64,000 nt of DNA from an uncultured Candidatus Saccharibacteria bacterium (lineage in GTDB: Bacteria; Patescibacteriota; Minisyncoccia; Phycocordibacterales; UBA2100). The stretch lies in NCBI GenBank assembly GCA_964434285.1, contig CAYSUJ010000001.1, positions 104,703-168,702 on the forward strand, written 5' to 3'. Positions 1 through 9,167 of the stretch are shown one piece after another. Position numbers and translations under genes: made by a program. The notes under the pieces are model-generated. The model ran no database searches, was not told the DNA's origin, and worked only from the letters and a program-made list of their open reading frames with translations. Within the stretch, counting starts at the first letter, position 1, and every line of letters begins with the position of its first letter.

Positions 1-1849
1 AAGAACCGCCTGCCATGCCGTTTGCAAATACGGAGCCACCACCGATCGTTGTGAGATATGAGGCGACATGTGGATTGGGAGCGACGATGTTCTCAACCGC
101 GCGGGCAACCGCATCAGTTTGAGACAAGGTTGATGCTTGCGGTAGCTCGATTTCTACGTAGAAGAAATCGATGTCAGAGGGAGGGAAGAGTGTCGATTTG
201 AGAAGCCCGGTTACTGGAAGCGCGATTGCAACAACAAACGAAACGCCCAGAAAGGCAAAAAATGAACGTTGGTAGAATCGACTCTCAAACAGTGTCTTCA
301 TGAGGGAGCGATACCGGTGAGCAACCTCTTCCCACAGCTCTTCGCGACGAGCGGCAAACGGACTCTCGCTGTGCTTCAAAAGTGTGAGCGCAAGAAGTGG
401 AACAAATCCGAGTGCGACTAGAATAGAGGCGAGCAAGACAGCGATGATTGTGAAGGGAATAGATTGTATGAATTCTCCGATAATTCCCGAGAGGAAAAAG
501 AGCGGCACGAAGACGGCGACGGTCGTCATGGTGCCGGCGATCAGGGGCCAGCCATAGCGTCGCACGGCGTCTTGTGCCGCAGGAAGCTTGTCCATGCCTT
601 TTTCTCGGTTGGTGTGGATTGCCTCAACAACGACGATGCCGGCGTCGATGAGAATTCCGATCGCGATTACAAGCGAGAAGAGGGAGAGGAAGTTGATCGT
701 GTTACCGCTCATCCACATGCCTACGAAAGCAATAACGAATGAAAGGGGTACTGAAAGAGCGGCGACGATAGACTCACGCCATCCGATAGCGATAAGGAGC
801 ACGACCATAATAAGGATGACCGTGTCGCGACCAGCGTGTGTGAGTTCTGAAATGCTGCGACGCACCTCTTCGCCAGCGTCATAGACAACTACCGCTGAAG
901 AGCCCGCGAGGAGACCACCCTTTAATTCCTCGACACGCTCTTTGACGCGGTCAGTCACTGTCAAAATGTTCCCGCCGGAAGCCTTATACACGTTAATAGT
1001 CATCGCATATGCGGGCTCAGATCCTGCTTCCGAGAGGCGTGACACGCTAGCCGTCCGTTCATAGCCATCAACGACTGTCGCAATGTCGCGGAGGAGGACT
1101 TCACCCGTCGCGGTTTTTATCGGAATGAGTGCTACATCTGACGCGCGTACAATCTCTCCTTTAAACTGCACAGGATACTCGATGTCATTGATTGTCACCA
1201 CGCCGGCGGGTGATGAGGCATTTGCGCCACCAAGCGCAGCCAGTACCTGTTGAATGCTCAGGCTGTGTCGCTCCAAGGAATCCGAGTCGAGCACAACCGA
1301 TATCTCTCGAGCGCGTACCCCCGCAACCTCAACGCGTGACACACCATCAAGCGACTGAAGATCGTCTTTCAGATCGTTTCCCAGTGAGTGAAGTGTTTCG
1401 GGCGCGAGATCGCTCGATACGCCGATCATAAGAACCGGTTGATTTTGGAAGTCGACTTTTGTGACCGATGGCGATTCAGCATCGCTCGGGAGATCGCGCT
1501 TCGCACCCTCAACGGCGTTGCGCAGGTCTTGAATTGCCACTTCGATGTCGGCGGATGCAATAAACTGGGCTGTGATGATGGAAGCGCCCTGAACCGAGCT
1601 TGACGTCACCTTATCGATATTCGCCACGTTGCGCACCGCCGGCTCGAGTTTGTCGGTCACGAGTCTCTCGACATCCGCCGCTGTAGCGCCGGGAAGCACG
1701 GTTGTTACGATGCCGATAGGCACGACGACTTCAGGAGACGACTCCTTCGGCATTGCGACAATCGCATAGGTGCCGGCGATGATAAGAGCGATCATCGCAA
1801 GGACCGTGAATGCTTGTCGCGTGAGAAAGAAATTCCAGAGCGGATACAT
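1..1849 (-). CDS. AcrB/AcrD/AcrF-family RND efflux permease (N-terminal part; runs off the window edge)
   Basis: Read manually on the minus strand from ATG at 1849: MYPLWNFFLTRQAFTVLAMIALIIAGTYAIVAMPKESSPEVVVPIGIVTTVLPGATAADVERLVTDKLE, a typical RND N-terminus; downstream of an adaptor gene. Confidence 0.85.
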   Translation of the reverse strand, partial: MYPLWNFFLTRQAFTVLAMIALIIAGTYAIVAMPKESSPEVVVPIGIVTTVLPGATAADVERLVTDKLEPAVRNVANIDKVTSSSVQGASIITAQFIASADIEVAIQDLRNAVEGAKRDLPSDAESPSVTKVDFQNQPVLMIGVSSDLAPETLHSLGNDLKDDLQSLDGVSRVEVAGVRAREISVVLDSDSLERHSLSIQQVLAALGGANASSPAGVVTINDIEYPVQFKGEIVRASDVALIPIKTATGEVLLRDIATVVDGYERTASVSRLSEAGSEPAYAMTINVYKASGGNILTVTDRVKERVEELKGGLLAGSSAVVVYDAGEEVRRSISELTHAGRDTVILIMVVLLIAIGWRESIVAALSVPLSFVIAFVGMWMSGNTINFLSLFSLVIAIGILIDAGIVVVEAIHTNREKGMDKLPAAQDAVRRYGWPLIAGTMTTVAVFVPLFFLSGIIGEFIQSIPFTIIAVLLASILVALGFVPLLALTLLKHSESPFAARREELWEEVAHRYRSLMKTLFESRFYQRSFFAFLGVSFVVAIALPVTGLLKSTLFPPSDIDFFYVEIELPQASTLSQTDAVARAVENIVAPNPHVASYLTTIGGGSVFANGMAGGS

Positions 1850-1851
1850 AG

Positions 1852-3126
1852 CTAGCGCTCGTTCACCTGCACTTTTTCGCCAGCTTTGAGGCCGCGAACA
1901 TCTTTAACAATCATTTCATCGCCACTGAGACCGGTTGCTGAGATTGCGTCTGCTGTCACAAGGCCCGTTGTTACCTCTTTGGTTTCCAAGATGCCGTCCG
2001 CATTGACCGTGAAGACAAATGCACCCGCAGGGGTGTATTTCACCGAAGAAAGCGGAAGCGCAAACGAGCGCTCTGTTGAGACACCTTCGTTTGGAACAAT
2101 GATTGCGACATCGCTGCCGGGCGTGATGATATCGCCGAGCGCTACGCTGACCGCAGATATAGTGCCAGCAAACGGAGCGCGAACTGATGTTTTTGCCACA
2201 TTGGCTCGCGCTGCCTCAAGGGCACCGAGCGCCTGCTTCACTTGTGCGTCGGCGGATGCGCTGCCCGTGCCCGAAGTATTGGTAATCGCAAGGAGAGCGG
2301 AATCAACACTCTCTTGTAAGCCCGTGATTGATGCTCGAGCGGCAGCGAGTGTTGCAGAGTCTGCGGCGCGATCTGCATCAGAATAAACATCGGTTATTTC
2401 TTGACGGGGGATTAATGCGGCGATCCGATCGATGAGAGCCCCGATTGTGACGAGGTCTCTATCGAGCTGTTCGAGGCGCGCGACACTATTTGCTTCCGTC
2501 GTCGTCTCGTTCTCCCACCTGTCGAAAATGGTCGTCTCAATCGCGCTACGAGCATCGTTTATTTCAGGTGCGGCGCCGTAGGCCTGAAGTCGGAATCCCG
2601 TCGCTCCCTGTGTGCCGCGTACATCTGAGAAATAGGTATCGATCGACGTGCGAATAGTTTCTGCTGCGTCCACTGTGACGGATGTCCAAGTGCGAACGCC
2701 GTCCTGCCGAGCGCTTATTTGGCTTGTTTCGTTGCCTCCGGAGGACGCAAGTGCGGCCTCATACACACCCTCAGCCTGAATGAGGGCTGCGCGCTGCGAG
2801 CTGTTCTCGAGTTGAGCAATAATCACTCCCTGTGTCACAACGCCTTCTTGACGCGCCTGTGTCACTTTTCCTCCTGCTTCCGCGCGAATGACATATGCGT
2901 TGCCGCTTCCCGTGGGTACGGCAATACCTCGTGAACCGGCAGAGTAGTCGGCCGCTGCGACAATGTCGACGGCACGGAGCGAGGGTGCGACGCTCTCGCT
3001 CTGGTCGTCAGATTGCAGGAAAAATACGAGAGCAATCGCGAGCGCGGCGACCACCGCCGCCACACGCATCGGATGGGATCGAATATAAACAAAAGCCCTT
3101 CTGTACGTTTCTCGAAGACTATTCAT
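1852..3126 (-). CDS. RND efflux periplasmic adaptor (HlyD/MFP family)
   Basis: N-terminal TM anchor, lipoyl-like motif 'VRAPFAGTISAV', long helical hairpin; start taken at MNSL (3126). Confidence 0.8.
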   Translation of the reverse strand: MNSLRETYRRAFVYIRSHPMRVAAVVAALAIALVFFLQSDDQSESVAPSLRAVDIVAAADYSAGSRGIAVPTGSGNAYVIRAEAGGKVTQARQEGVVTQGVIIAQLENSSQRAALIQAEGVYEAALASSGGNETSQISARQDGVRTWTSVTVDAAETIRTSIDTYFSDVRGTQGATGFRLQAYGAAPEINDARSAIETTIFDRWENETTTEANSVARLEQLDRDLVTIGALIDRIAALIPRQEITDVYSDADRAADSATLAAARASITGLQESVDSALLAITNTSGTGSASADAQVKQALGALEAARANVAKTSVRAPFAGTISAVSVALGDIITPGSDVAIIVPNEGVSTERSFALPLSSVKYTPAGAFVFTVNADGILETKEVTTGLVTADAISATGLSGDEMIVKDVRGLKAGEKVQVNER

Positions 3127-3212
3127 GGTCAAATAATAACACATTTCTTCTTTGTAAGCAATATTCCGTGGTCATTCATGATACTATACAAATGCAGAAG
3201 TGTGACCCAAAT

Positions 3213-3803
3213 ATGCAAAAGAAAATCTTTCTTCTCCTCGGCCACCCAGACAAAAGCGGGATGTGCGGTCGTCTCGCAGATGCTTATGAATCAGGTGCGA
3301 AAGCGGGTGGGCACGAAATTATCCGCATGAACATCGGGGAAATGAAGTTTGATCCCATCCTTTGGAAAGGGTACCGAGCTCGACAGGAACTTGAACAAGA
3401 TCTCCAGCAATTTCAAAAGCATGTGCAATGGGCAGATCATTTTGTGGTGGTCTATCCCGTGTGGTGGGTTGGCATGCCCGCGCTTCTCAAAGGTCTCTTC
3501 GATCGCGCATGGCTTCCTGGATCGGCATTTCGTTACATCAAAATGAAGAGCGGGAAGCGCACCGTCTTTTGGAATCGCCTCATGAAGGGAAAAACAGCGC
3601 GCACCATTCTCACTTCGGGCACGGCACCATGGCTTGTGCGTTTTTTGCCCGGGAACGTGAACGCGCAATTACGATGGGGAATTTTGTGGTTCGCGGGCTT
3701 TTCGGTGCGCTCGCTGTGGCTTGGACCGTCTGAAAACCGCCCTGAACCAGTGTGTTCGCATTGGTGCGAAAAAGTGTATGCACTTGGCGTGCACGGAAAG
3801 TAG
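3213..3803 (+). CDS. NAD(P)H-dependent oxidoreductase, flavodoxin-like fold
   Basis: 'LLGHP', 'ADHFVVVYPVWWVGMPALLKGLFDR' motifs; start taken at MQKKIF. Confidence 0.85.
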   Translation: MQKKIFLLLGHPDKSGMCGRLADAYESGAKAGGHEIIRMNIGEMKFDPILWKGYRARQELEQDLQQFQKHVQWADHFVVVYPVWWVGMPALLKGLFDRAWLPGSAFRYIKMKSGKRTVFWNRLMKGKTARTILTSGTAPWLVRFLPGNVNAQLRWGILWFAGFSVRSLWLGPSENRPEPVCSHWCEKVYALGVHGK

Positions 3804-3950
3804 TCGCTCCTCTCACGCGCAATGCACAGACACGCGCAGCCGCATCTCGAATCGCGATTTTAGGGTTTATACTGAAACGTAGTTCGGCTATGCCGACTTT
3901 CTCCTCGGCTCTAGCCACTGATCGCTATTATAAGTATTTTTTACACGCAT

Positions 3951-4367
3951 ATGAGAAACATACTTGGCGTTTTCCTTCTTATTATTCTCGTAGGTCCGAG
4001 CGTGGCAGCAGCGCAGATCATTGCAACTCCCTATTGGTGCGGTTGGGGGTGGTCGTCAGCTCCGTGCGTAAGCTACACGCAACCATATTCCTACGGCTCG
4101 TATTACTACCCCGGGAATTATTCGTACTCATATAATTACGGCTACACAAATCCATGCTATCCGGTTTCCTATGATTCCCACGGGAACGTGGTGCAAACAA
4201 GTTGTGGCGTGAATTATCAGTATCAGTACGGTTATCAACACCATCAGTATCCGCAGTACCATTCCTATTACTCTTGGTATGACCACGATCGACACGATGA
4301 CGACCGTAACCGGCGCGACAGAGACAACGACTGGCATAGAGATCGCGACTGGGACAATTATCGCTAG
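3951..4367 (+). CDS. Secreted Tyr/Gly/Cys-rich low-complexity protein with D/R-rich tail
   Basis: Signal peptide-like N-terminus ending AAA-Q; Y-rich middle; RDRDND-type tail. Confidence 0.6.
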   Translation: MRNILGVFLLIILVGPSVAAAQIIATPYWCGWGWSSAPCVSYTQPYSYGSYYYPGNYSYSYNYGYTNPCYPVSYDSHGNVVQTSCGVNYQYQYGYQHHQYPQYHSYYSWYDHDRHDDDRNRRDRDNDWHRDRDWDNYR

Positions 4368-4544
4368 TGCACAAGGGTATGGAAAAAGTCAAAGTTGAAA
4401 ATCATATGTTTTCCGGCGGTCTCTGGTGTGTGGGCTGGCTCTTCGCGGTCGGATATCTCCAGCTTTCGTTCTGGAAGGGCGTTCTTGCGATTATCGTGTG
4501 GCCCTACTATATCGGTGTTCATTTCAGTCCGCTCCTTGGATAGT

Positions 4545-4790
4545 ATGCAGAGAACATTCTCCGCCGAAGAGGCTCGCGTGCTTGGCGAGAACATTGGCAT
4601 CTCGTGGTCAGACATCAATCCCGAACAGTTTCGTATGGGACTCGCCGTTGAACTCGAACACGGAAAACGCGATCTTCAAACTAACGTCACCAACGACGAT
4701 CTTGTTTTGACCGCAAAAATTGCCTGGGCACATCTCAAAGAAGTGCCCGATTACTACACGAAACTGAAAGCGATTGAAGGTGAGGAGTAA
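4545..4790 (+). CDS. DUF5661-like small protein
   Basis: 'QFRMGLAVELEHG...TAKIAWAHLKEVPDYYTKL' signature; start taken at MQRTF. Confidence 0.75.
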   Translation: MQRTFSAEEARVLGENIGISWSDINPEQFRMGLAVELEHGKRDLQTNVTNDDLVLTAKIAWAHLKEVPDYYTKLKAIEGEE

Positions 4791-5066
4791 TGTGCAGTCC
4801 TGCAGAAGGTCGCGTGAGAATAGCCAAAACCAATATTTTTCGGCTACTATACGCCGTTATGGGGCTCTCTATCGGAACCGCGAGTTTGCAGCCCGACACC
4901 CCCTCTATAGCCAGAGCGTAAAACGAATACCTTTTGAGTTCACGATCAAGCTACCGATGCCTCTTCGCACTGGTGTGGACTATGGCTTCCTACCGGGCAA
5001 AAATATTTCAAAAAAGGCACGCTCCGTGGATTGATTTTTCGTTAATTGATGTTGTATATATATGGT

Positions 5067-6020
5067 ATGGTTCCATTCTTTACCAAATATCGTATAGCGC
5101 TTGGTCTCATAAGTATCATCGCCGTAGGTTCGGTAGCGTTCGGCGTGTACCAATTCGTTGAAAATCAGCAGGTTGTCTCGCGACTTGCGTCGCTTGAGAG
5201 CCAGACGGCGGCGATTGCTGCAGCTTTGCAGGCTTCCGGCGCGGTCAGCGAAGAAAACAGATTGCAGCTACAGGAAATCGCCAATCGCGGTGGTGTGATT
5301 GCCCGCTCCCAAGAAGATCTGCTCACGAGCGCTGTGGAGAAAGCATCACCAGCAGTCGTATCCATCGTCATTTCCCGCGACGTCGCGCTCCTAGAGGTCC
5401 AGTACGTGAATCCCTTCGGCGACGATCCGTACTTCCGTGACGTCGGTTATCGCGTGCCCGTATTTCGGCAGGTAGGAACGAGAGCGCAACAAGTGGGCGC
5501 GGGTACAGGGTTTCTCATCCGCTCGGACGGGTATATCCTCACTAATCGTCACGTCGTTGACGACGAACAAGCGGAATACACGGCACTCCTTTCAAATGGA
5601 GAGAAGAAAACGGCGAAAGTCGTATATCGCGATGAACATAACGACATCGCGATCCTCAAGATCGACGGAAGCGGCTACTCCGCGATTCAGCTCGGTAACT
5701 CCTCAGCGCTAAAGCTTGGGCAGACTGTCGTTGCTATCGGTAACGCGCTTGGCGAATACAATAACTCCGTCTCCGTCGGCATAATCTCAGGACTTAATCG
5801 AACAATCGAAGCACAGGATGAGCGGGGTCGTGTCGAAGTGCTTGAAAACGTCATGCAAACCGACGCCGCCATTAACCGCGGCAACTCCGGCGGTCCGCTA
5901 CTCGACCTCTCTAGCAACGCAGTCGGAGTGAACGTCGCGGTCGACCGCGGTGGCAGCAACATATCATTCGCAATTCCCATCGACATCGTCAAATCGATCA
6001 TTGATCGAATACTACCGTAG
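5067..6020 (+). CDS. Membrane-anchored trypsin-like (S1C/HtrA-type) serine protease without PDZ domain
   Basis: TNRHV (His), DIAILK (Asp), GNSGGPL (Ser); protein ends right after the protease domain. Confidence 0.88.
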   Translation: MVPFFTKYRIALGLISIIAVGSVAFGVYQFVENQQVVSRLASLESQTAAIAAALQASGAVSEENRLQLQEIANRGGVIARSQEDLLTSAVEKASPAVVSIVISRDVALLEVQYVNPFGDDPYFRDVGYRVPVFRQVGTRAQQVGAGTGFLIRSDGYILTNRHVVDDEQAEYTALLSNGEKKTAKVVYRDEHNDIAILKIDGSGYSAIQLGNSSALKLGQTVVAIGNALGEYNNSVSVGIISGLNRTIEAQDERGRVEVLENVMQTDAAINRGNSGGPLLDLSSNAVGVNVAVDRGGSNISFAIPIDIVKSIIDRILP

Positions 6021-6022
6021 CT

Positions 6023-6622
6023 ATGCAACATGAGGACATTACACTTATTGAAGAAGCGAAGCGCGAACCGGCGAAGTATGAAGCGCTGTATACGAAATAC
6101 GCGGATCGCGTGTTCAATTATTTCTGGTATCGCACCGGGCACGACTGGGCGTTGTCCGAGGATTTGATGCAAGAGACATTCTTGCGCGCATTCCGGCATC
6201 TCAAAAAATTCAGGAATCGCGGGTATTCGTATCTCACGTACCTACTGAACATCGCGCACAATCTCCTTGTCGACCATTACCGCAAGCCAAAGAGCATTCC
6301 CGTCGAAGACTTGCCGACAGACGCCGTGCCGTATGAAATCACGGCGGATCTGGTGCGGAAGTCGGATGCGGAGTCGCTCTGGCGAGCCATCCAGACCCTG
6401 CCGCAACGCAACCGTGACGCGCTTCTCATGCACTATCAGGACGACAAACCGATCAAGGATATCGCTCAAATCATGAATACCTCGGAAAATTCAATAAAAC
6501 TCAACCTGTCGCGCACTCGCAAGAAGCTAGCCGAGCATCCCTATCTTAAGGACATAGGCGGCTTTGTCCAGAAGAAGCGCAAACCCACAAAGGCTCGGTT
6601 TCTCAGGAAAAAGAAAGGGTGA
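6023..6622 (+). CDS. ECF-type RNA polymerase sigma factor with Lys/Arg-rich C-terminal extension
   Basis: Region 2 'EDLMQETFLRAF...YLLNIAHNLLVDHYRK' and region 4 'IKDIAQIMNTSENSIKLNLSRTRKKL'. Confidence 0.88.
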   Translation: MQHEDITLIEEAKREPAKYEALYTKYADRVFNYFWYRTGHDWALSEDLMQETFLRAFRHLKKFRNRGYSYLTYLLNIAHNLLVDHYRKPKSIPVEDLPTDAVPYEITADLVRKSDAESLWRAIQTLPQRNRDALLMHYQDDKPIKDIAQIMNTSENSIKLNLSRTRKKLAEHPYLKDIGGFVQKKRKPTKARFLRKKKG

Positions 6623-6650
6623 CACCTTTTGGCGTCACGCACGTTTAATA
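6620..6650 (+). promoter_or_regulatory. ECF-type promoter TGACAC-N16-CGTTTAATA overlapping the sigma stop codon; includes inverted repeat 6619-6638
   Basis: Matches the TGAAAC-N16-CGT layout of SigW/SigX-type ECF promoters. Confidence 0.55.
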
Positions 6651-6654
6651 GAGT

Positions 6655-6990
6655 GTAAGCGGTCAGATGGTCTGCCGGAAGGCAGCGGTCGAACCATCGG
6701 AGAAACGACGGTGGGGCTCTTTATTGAGCGATCATGAATACAGCGATTCGTTGCGCAGAACAGTTTGCTAAGACGCTTCGGAAATTCATTCGTTCAACGT
6801 CCGATGCGGTTTAGCTTGGGACCCTCGGGTTCCCGTCTCAAAGACGTCCGAAGTGGTTAGCATCTCTTCTGCCGTATCAACAACTGAATATTGTTAGGTA
6901 ATGAAATTATCTTGAGTGCCACGCGTATGGCGCTGACCCAAGGGGGTAACCGTAACGGCATCCTTGGGTTTAACCTGCAATTCACCGCAT
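6655..6990 (+). ncRNA. Candidate large structured ncRNA of unrecognised family
   Basis: ~420-bp gap without a credible ORF, filled with consecutive hairpins (see findings); 5' GCGGT 6659-6663 is complementary to ACCGC 6984-6988. Confidence 0.6.
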
Positions 6991-7045
6991 CTTTGTAAAG
7001 TTGCAATAACAGGTCGACATTATCAACATCTAATCCGATACCACT

Positions 7046-7540
7046 ATGGTGAACATCACGAAACGAGACGATCAATCTCAGTCCGTGGCTCCTTACACGA
7101 GCCCATTCTCTCTCATCGATCGATTCTTCGACGACTCGTGGGATCCGTTCAACATGATGCTGCCTTCGATGCTCCGCAACCGCGGACTTACAAGCGTCAG
7201 CTCTATGTTTCCGAAAGTCGATGTATCGGAAACCGAGAACGAAATTAAAGTGGTCGCGAATGTTCCCGGTATCGACCCGGACAAACTGAACATCGAAGTC
7301 GGCGACGACTATCTCTCGCTCTCGGGCAAAATCGACAAGGAGACCAAGGATGAGGATAAGAAAGGCAAAGTGTATCGCTATGAACGCGAGTACGGGGAGT
7401 TCCGTCGAGAGTTTGCGCTTCCGGCTCGCGTAAAAGCCGACGCGATCAGCGCGAAGGCACGAAACGGCGTCCTCACTATCACGCTTCCGAAGTCCGACGA
7501 GGAGAAGAAGCACAAGGTGAAGGTTGAGATTGAGAAGTAG
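7046..7540 (+). CDS. Hsp20/alpha-crystallin small heat-shock protein
   Basis: 'PKVDVSETENEIKVVANVPG...ERE YGEFRREFALP...NGVLTITLPK'. Confidence 0.93.
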   Translation: MVNITKRDDQSQSVAPYTSPFSLIDRFFDDSWDPFNMMLPSMLRNRGLTSVSSMFPKVDVSETENEIKVVANVPGIDPDKLNIEVGDDYLSLSGKIDKETKDEDKKGKVYRYEREYGEFRREFALPARVKADAISAKARNGVLTITLPKSDEEKKHKVKVEIEK

Positions 7541-7548
7541 CAATATGC

Positions 7549-7579
7549 AAGCCGCCTCCATTCGACTGGGGGCGGCTTT
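7549..7579 (+). terminator. Intrinsic terminator-like hairpin
   Basis: GCCGCCTCCA-ttcgac-TGGGGGCGGC-TTT. Confidence 0.6.
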
Positions 7580-7596
7580 GCGCTGTCGCAACGCGT

Positions 7597-7941
7597 ATGA
7601 ATATCGAAAATCAAAAAGTAATAACTGGCATTCTCGGACTCTTGCTCGTCGCAAGCGTCATCGGAAATGTTTTTCTGTATCAGAAGGTCCAGAAGAACGA
7701 ACCGTTCTATAGCGTTCAAAACGCGGGCACATCAACCGTAACGACCTTCGAGGGTCCCGGATTCAAGAACGAAGTGGTAACGTTCTTCGACGGCAAGCAA
7801 TACCGCACCTACGCAACCTCCACGCCCTTAAGCGATAGCGACATCAGGGCTATGCGCGAGGAAATGGAGAAGGAATTCGACCGCATGAACGAATTCTTCA
7901 GGCGACAAGACGAGTTTTTCAGCTCATTGTGGGAGTTTTAG
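7597..7941 (+). CDS. Small membrane-anchored hypothetical protein
   Basis: N-terminal TM helix; amphipathic Phe/Glu-rich C-terminus. Confidence 0.65.
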   Translation: MNIENQKVITGILGLLLVASVIGNVFLYQKVQKNEPFYSVQNAGTSTVTTFEGPGFKNEVVTFFDGKQYRTYATSTPLSDSDIRAMREEMEKEFDRMNEFFRRQDEFFSSLWEF

Positions 7942-8005
7942 TATTCTTACCACGCGCGCTCACTCGTTGATTTTTTGCCTAAAGTAAGCCATAATTTGGC
8001 TTACA

Positions 8006-9109
8006 ATGTCAAAACTAGCGATAGGTATCGTTGGTCTTCCCAACGTGGGCAAATCCACGCTTTTTAATGCGCTCACCAAAAAGGGCGTCCTCATCGCGAA
8101 TTATCCTTTCGCCACGATCGATCCTTCAGTGGGTGTTGTCGCCGTGCCCGATGGCCGGTTGGACGCTCTCGCCAAGATGTCGAATACGCAGAAAATCGTT
8201 CCAGCCGCTGTCGAATTCGTCGATATTGCGGGTCTCGTGAAAGGCGCCTCAGAAGGGGAGGGGCTCGGAAACCAATTCCTCACCAACATACGCGAGACGG
8301 ACGCAATCGCGGAAGTTGTGCGCCTCTTTGACGATGAAGATATCCACCATGTGCATGGTGATGTGGATCCGAGCCGCGATGTGGAAGTTATCAATCTCGA
8401 ACTTGTCCTTGCTGATGAGCAGAGTGCCTCGAAGCGTCTAGAACGCGCCGAACGCGACGCAAAAGGGAATGACAAGACCATTGTGGCTGAACGCGATGTG
8501 CTCCGGAAAATTGTACCCGCACTCAAGGCAGGCAAAGCGGCACGCACTGTCGATTTGGATGAGAAGGAGAAAGAGGTCGCGAAGACGTTCCAATTCTTGA
8601 CTATGAAGCCGATTCTCTACGTACTCAACCGCAAGAGCGGAGCAATCAATATGGATGCGGAAGCGGGAGAACGCTGGAAGGCGCTTGAGAAGCATCTCGA
8701 GAGTGAAAAGGCGCAGTGGGTGTTTGTTGACGCTGGTGTCGAGCATGAGCTCTCCGATATTCAAGGTGATGAAAAAGCAGAATTTCGCCGTGAACTCGGC
8801 GTCTCCTCAGATGGTATCGACGACCTCATTCGTGGTGGGTACCGCCTACTCGATCTGATTTCATTCTTTACCACAGGTGAAAAAGAAACTCGCGCGTGGA
8901 CGATCAAGCGCGGTGCAAAAGCTCCTGAAGCAGGTGCCGCCATCCATGGTGATTTTCGTGACAAATTCATCCGCGCGCATGTCATTCAATACGATAAACT
9001 CCTCGAAGCTGGGTCATGGGCAGCGGCGCGCGAAAAGGGATGGGTACGCACGGAGGGTAAAGAATACATCGTCCAAGACGGCGACGTGATGGAATTTTTT
9101 CATTCGTGA
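8006..9109 (+). CDS. ychF: Ribosome-binding ATPase YchF
   Basis: GIVGLPNVGKSTLFNAL, DIAGLV, C-terminal TGS 'RTEGKEYIVQDGDV'. Confidence 0.96.
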   Translation: MSKLAIGIVGLPNVGKSTLFNALTKKGVLIANYPFATIDPSVGVVAVPDGRLDALAKMSNTQKIVPAAVEFVDIAGLVKGASEGEGLGNQFLTNIRETDAIAEVVRLFDDEDIHHVHGDVDPSRDVEVINLELVLADEQSASKRLERAERDAKGNDKTIVAERDVLRKIVPALKAGKAARTVDLDEKEKEVAKTFQFLTMKPILYVLNRKSGAINMDAEAGERWKALEKHLESEKAQWVFVDAGVEHELSDIQGDEKAEFRRELGVSSDGIDDLIRGGYRLLDLISFFTTGEKETRAWTIKRGAKAPEAGAAIHGDFRDKFIRAHVIQYDKLLEAGSWAAAREKGWVRTEGKEYIVQDGDVMEFFHS

Positions 9110-9167
9110 TTTCATCGTGCTATACTTCCGCGGCAGATGTAGTTGAAACAAGAGAAGGAACTTCAAG

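Noticed and set aside
2895-3212. Long N-terminal extension of the flavodoxin-like ORF
   Set aside because: Overlaps the opposite-strand adaptor gene; family-like sequence begins at MQKKIF (3213).
6655-6990. Identity as RNase P RNA, tmRNA, SRP RNA or raiA motif
   Set aside because: No GAGGAAAGUCC core, no tRNA-like ends, no SRP domain IV motif on either strand; only short raiA-like words (GATGCGGTTTAG, CAAAGAC), too weak to call without a covariance search.
6857-7654. 265-aa minus-strand ORF
   Set aside because: Antisense shadow of hsp20 with no recognisable motifs.
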